Made by a program: the position numbers and the translations under genes. A model generated the notes under the pieces. The model was not told the origin of the DNA and did not search any database. It saw only the letters and a list, made by a program, of their open reading frames with translations. From Candidatus Marinacidobacterales bacterium (GTDB taxonomy: Bacteria > Acidobacteriota > Vicinamibacteria > Marinacidobacterales > SMYC01): 64,000 bases of DNA. This document shows, one piece after another, positions 63,233 through 64,000 of this stretch (within the stretch, counting starts at the first letter, position 1; every line of letters begins with the position of its first letter). The stretch spans positions 512,001 through 576,000 of the forward strand of contig CBDCYI010000004.1 in the NCBI GenBank assembly GCA_965224085.1. The letters run 5' to 3'.

Positions 63233-63735
63233 TCAATGTCCAAAAACACGCCCCCCTTTAACCACAATCTCAACCTGTGCAAGCGCCATGATGTTGAAGA
63301 GCGGGTCGCCATTTACAACGATGATATCGGCGAGCTTCCCCGCCTCGAGCGGCGCGCCGAGGTCGACCGCGGTGGTGATGCCGCGTCGAGAAGCTGCTTC
63401 GCCGAGATCTCCATGATGTCTTCGAGCGACAAATCCGATTCTTCTTCGAGCCACTTAAAGTAGCGGCTGTAGTCGCCGTGGCCCAAGATCGTCAAATGTG
63501 CATGCAGGTCGATGAGGCCGGGGAGCATCGTGCGACCACGTGTGTCGATCACCTCGTAGCCTGAAGGTATCGGGATGTCAGAAGCCCGTCCCACTTTGAC
63601 GATGCGGTCTCCTTCCACCAGCACCACCGCGTGGTGGATAGGAGGAACTTCATAGCCGTCGAGAAGCATGCCACCCACGAGCGCGAGCTTCGTCGAAGTC
63701 TGAAAGAGTGCAAAAAGCGACGCCATCATCGTCAT
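63233..63735 (-). pseudogene. Amidohydrolase with internal deletion and frameshift
   Basis: LPGLIDLHAH...GITTAVDLGAP joined directly to LEAGKLADIIVV.GDP. Confidence 0.85.
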
Positions 63736-63776
63736 ATCCCGACGTTCTATGTCAGGACGATGTTAGGATGGCGCCG

Positions 63777-64000
63777 ATGAAGCTCTACGACACGCCGAGC
63801 ACGGAATACGCGTTCGGCTATCACGAAGCGCCCCGCTCCGGCAACGGTATCAACGGCCATGGCGAGAAAACCAAGAGGCGCGCGAGCCACGTCTTTCACA
63901 ATGCGACTGGCGAAAAACTCGCCTGGAGAGCGCTCGACGATTTCTTCAGCTATATCAACGATTGGCGCATCGTGCGCTACATCCTCGCCAACACGTGGCA
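63777..64000 (+). CDS. N-terminus of a hypothetical protein, possibly reductive-dehalogenase/QueG-like Fe-S protein; runs off the window end
   Basis: Open frame MKLYDTP...SGNGINGHGE...HVFH...; extended -10 TGtTAGGAT 7 nt upstream; family guess from recalled motif only. Confidence 0.45.
   Translation, partial: MKLYDTPSTEYAFGYHEAPRSGNGINGHGEKTKRRASHVFHNATGEKLAWRALDDFFSYINDWRIVRYILANTW

Noticed and set aside
1-64000. Alternative genetic code (UGA=Trp/Gly)
   Set aside because: Many intact genes end in TGA and Trp is encoded by TGG; the MetE UGA is site-specific.

Overview
GC-rich bacterial chromosomal DNA whose gene repertoire (ADOP permease with PadR, kinase-FGE-hydrolase fusion, DUF222/HNH-type repeats, BNR/VPS10 protein, DUF5916) suggests Acidobacteriota, Vicinamibacteria-like; this assignment is inference. 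Intact loci include an oxalate-oxidoreductase-like OFOR operon (delta-alpha-beta), a single-domain MetE-family enzyme with an in-frame UGA at its Zn-ligand Cys and a SECIS-like hairpin (candidate selenoprotein, the top finding), E. coli-type frdABCD, an ECF sigma/anti-sigma locus, vWA/DUF58, an RHH-PIN toxin-antitoxin pair, alpha carbonic anhydrase, SagB-type oxidase, RraA, ArsR-SRPBCC, rhomboid, amidohydrolase, topoisomerase III, amidase, phasin, an IS200, an Ldh_2 dehydrogenase and an atypical ClpX paralogue. Between these lie more than 25 truncated, internally deleted or frameshifted gene remnants, due either to genome erosion or to assembly artefact. Two diverged, inverted copies of a ~200 bp non-coding leader plus DUF222/HNH gene start flank 27-30.6 kb. 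Many genes appear leaderless. No rRNA, tRNA or CRISPR array was seen. All family assignments come from motif recognition, not database searches.
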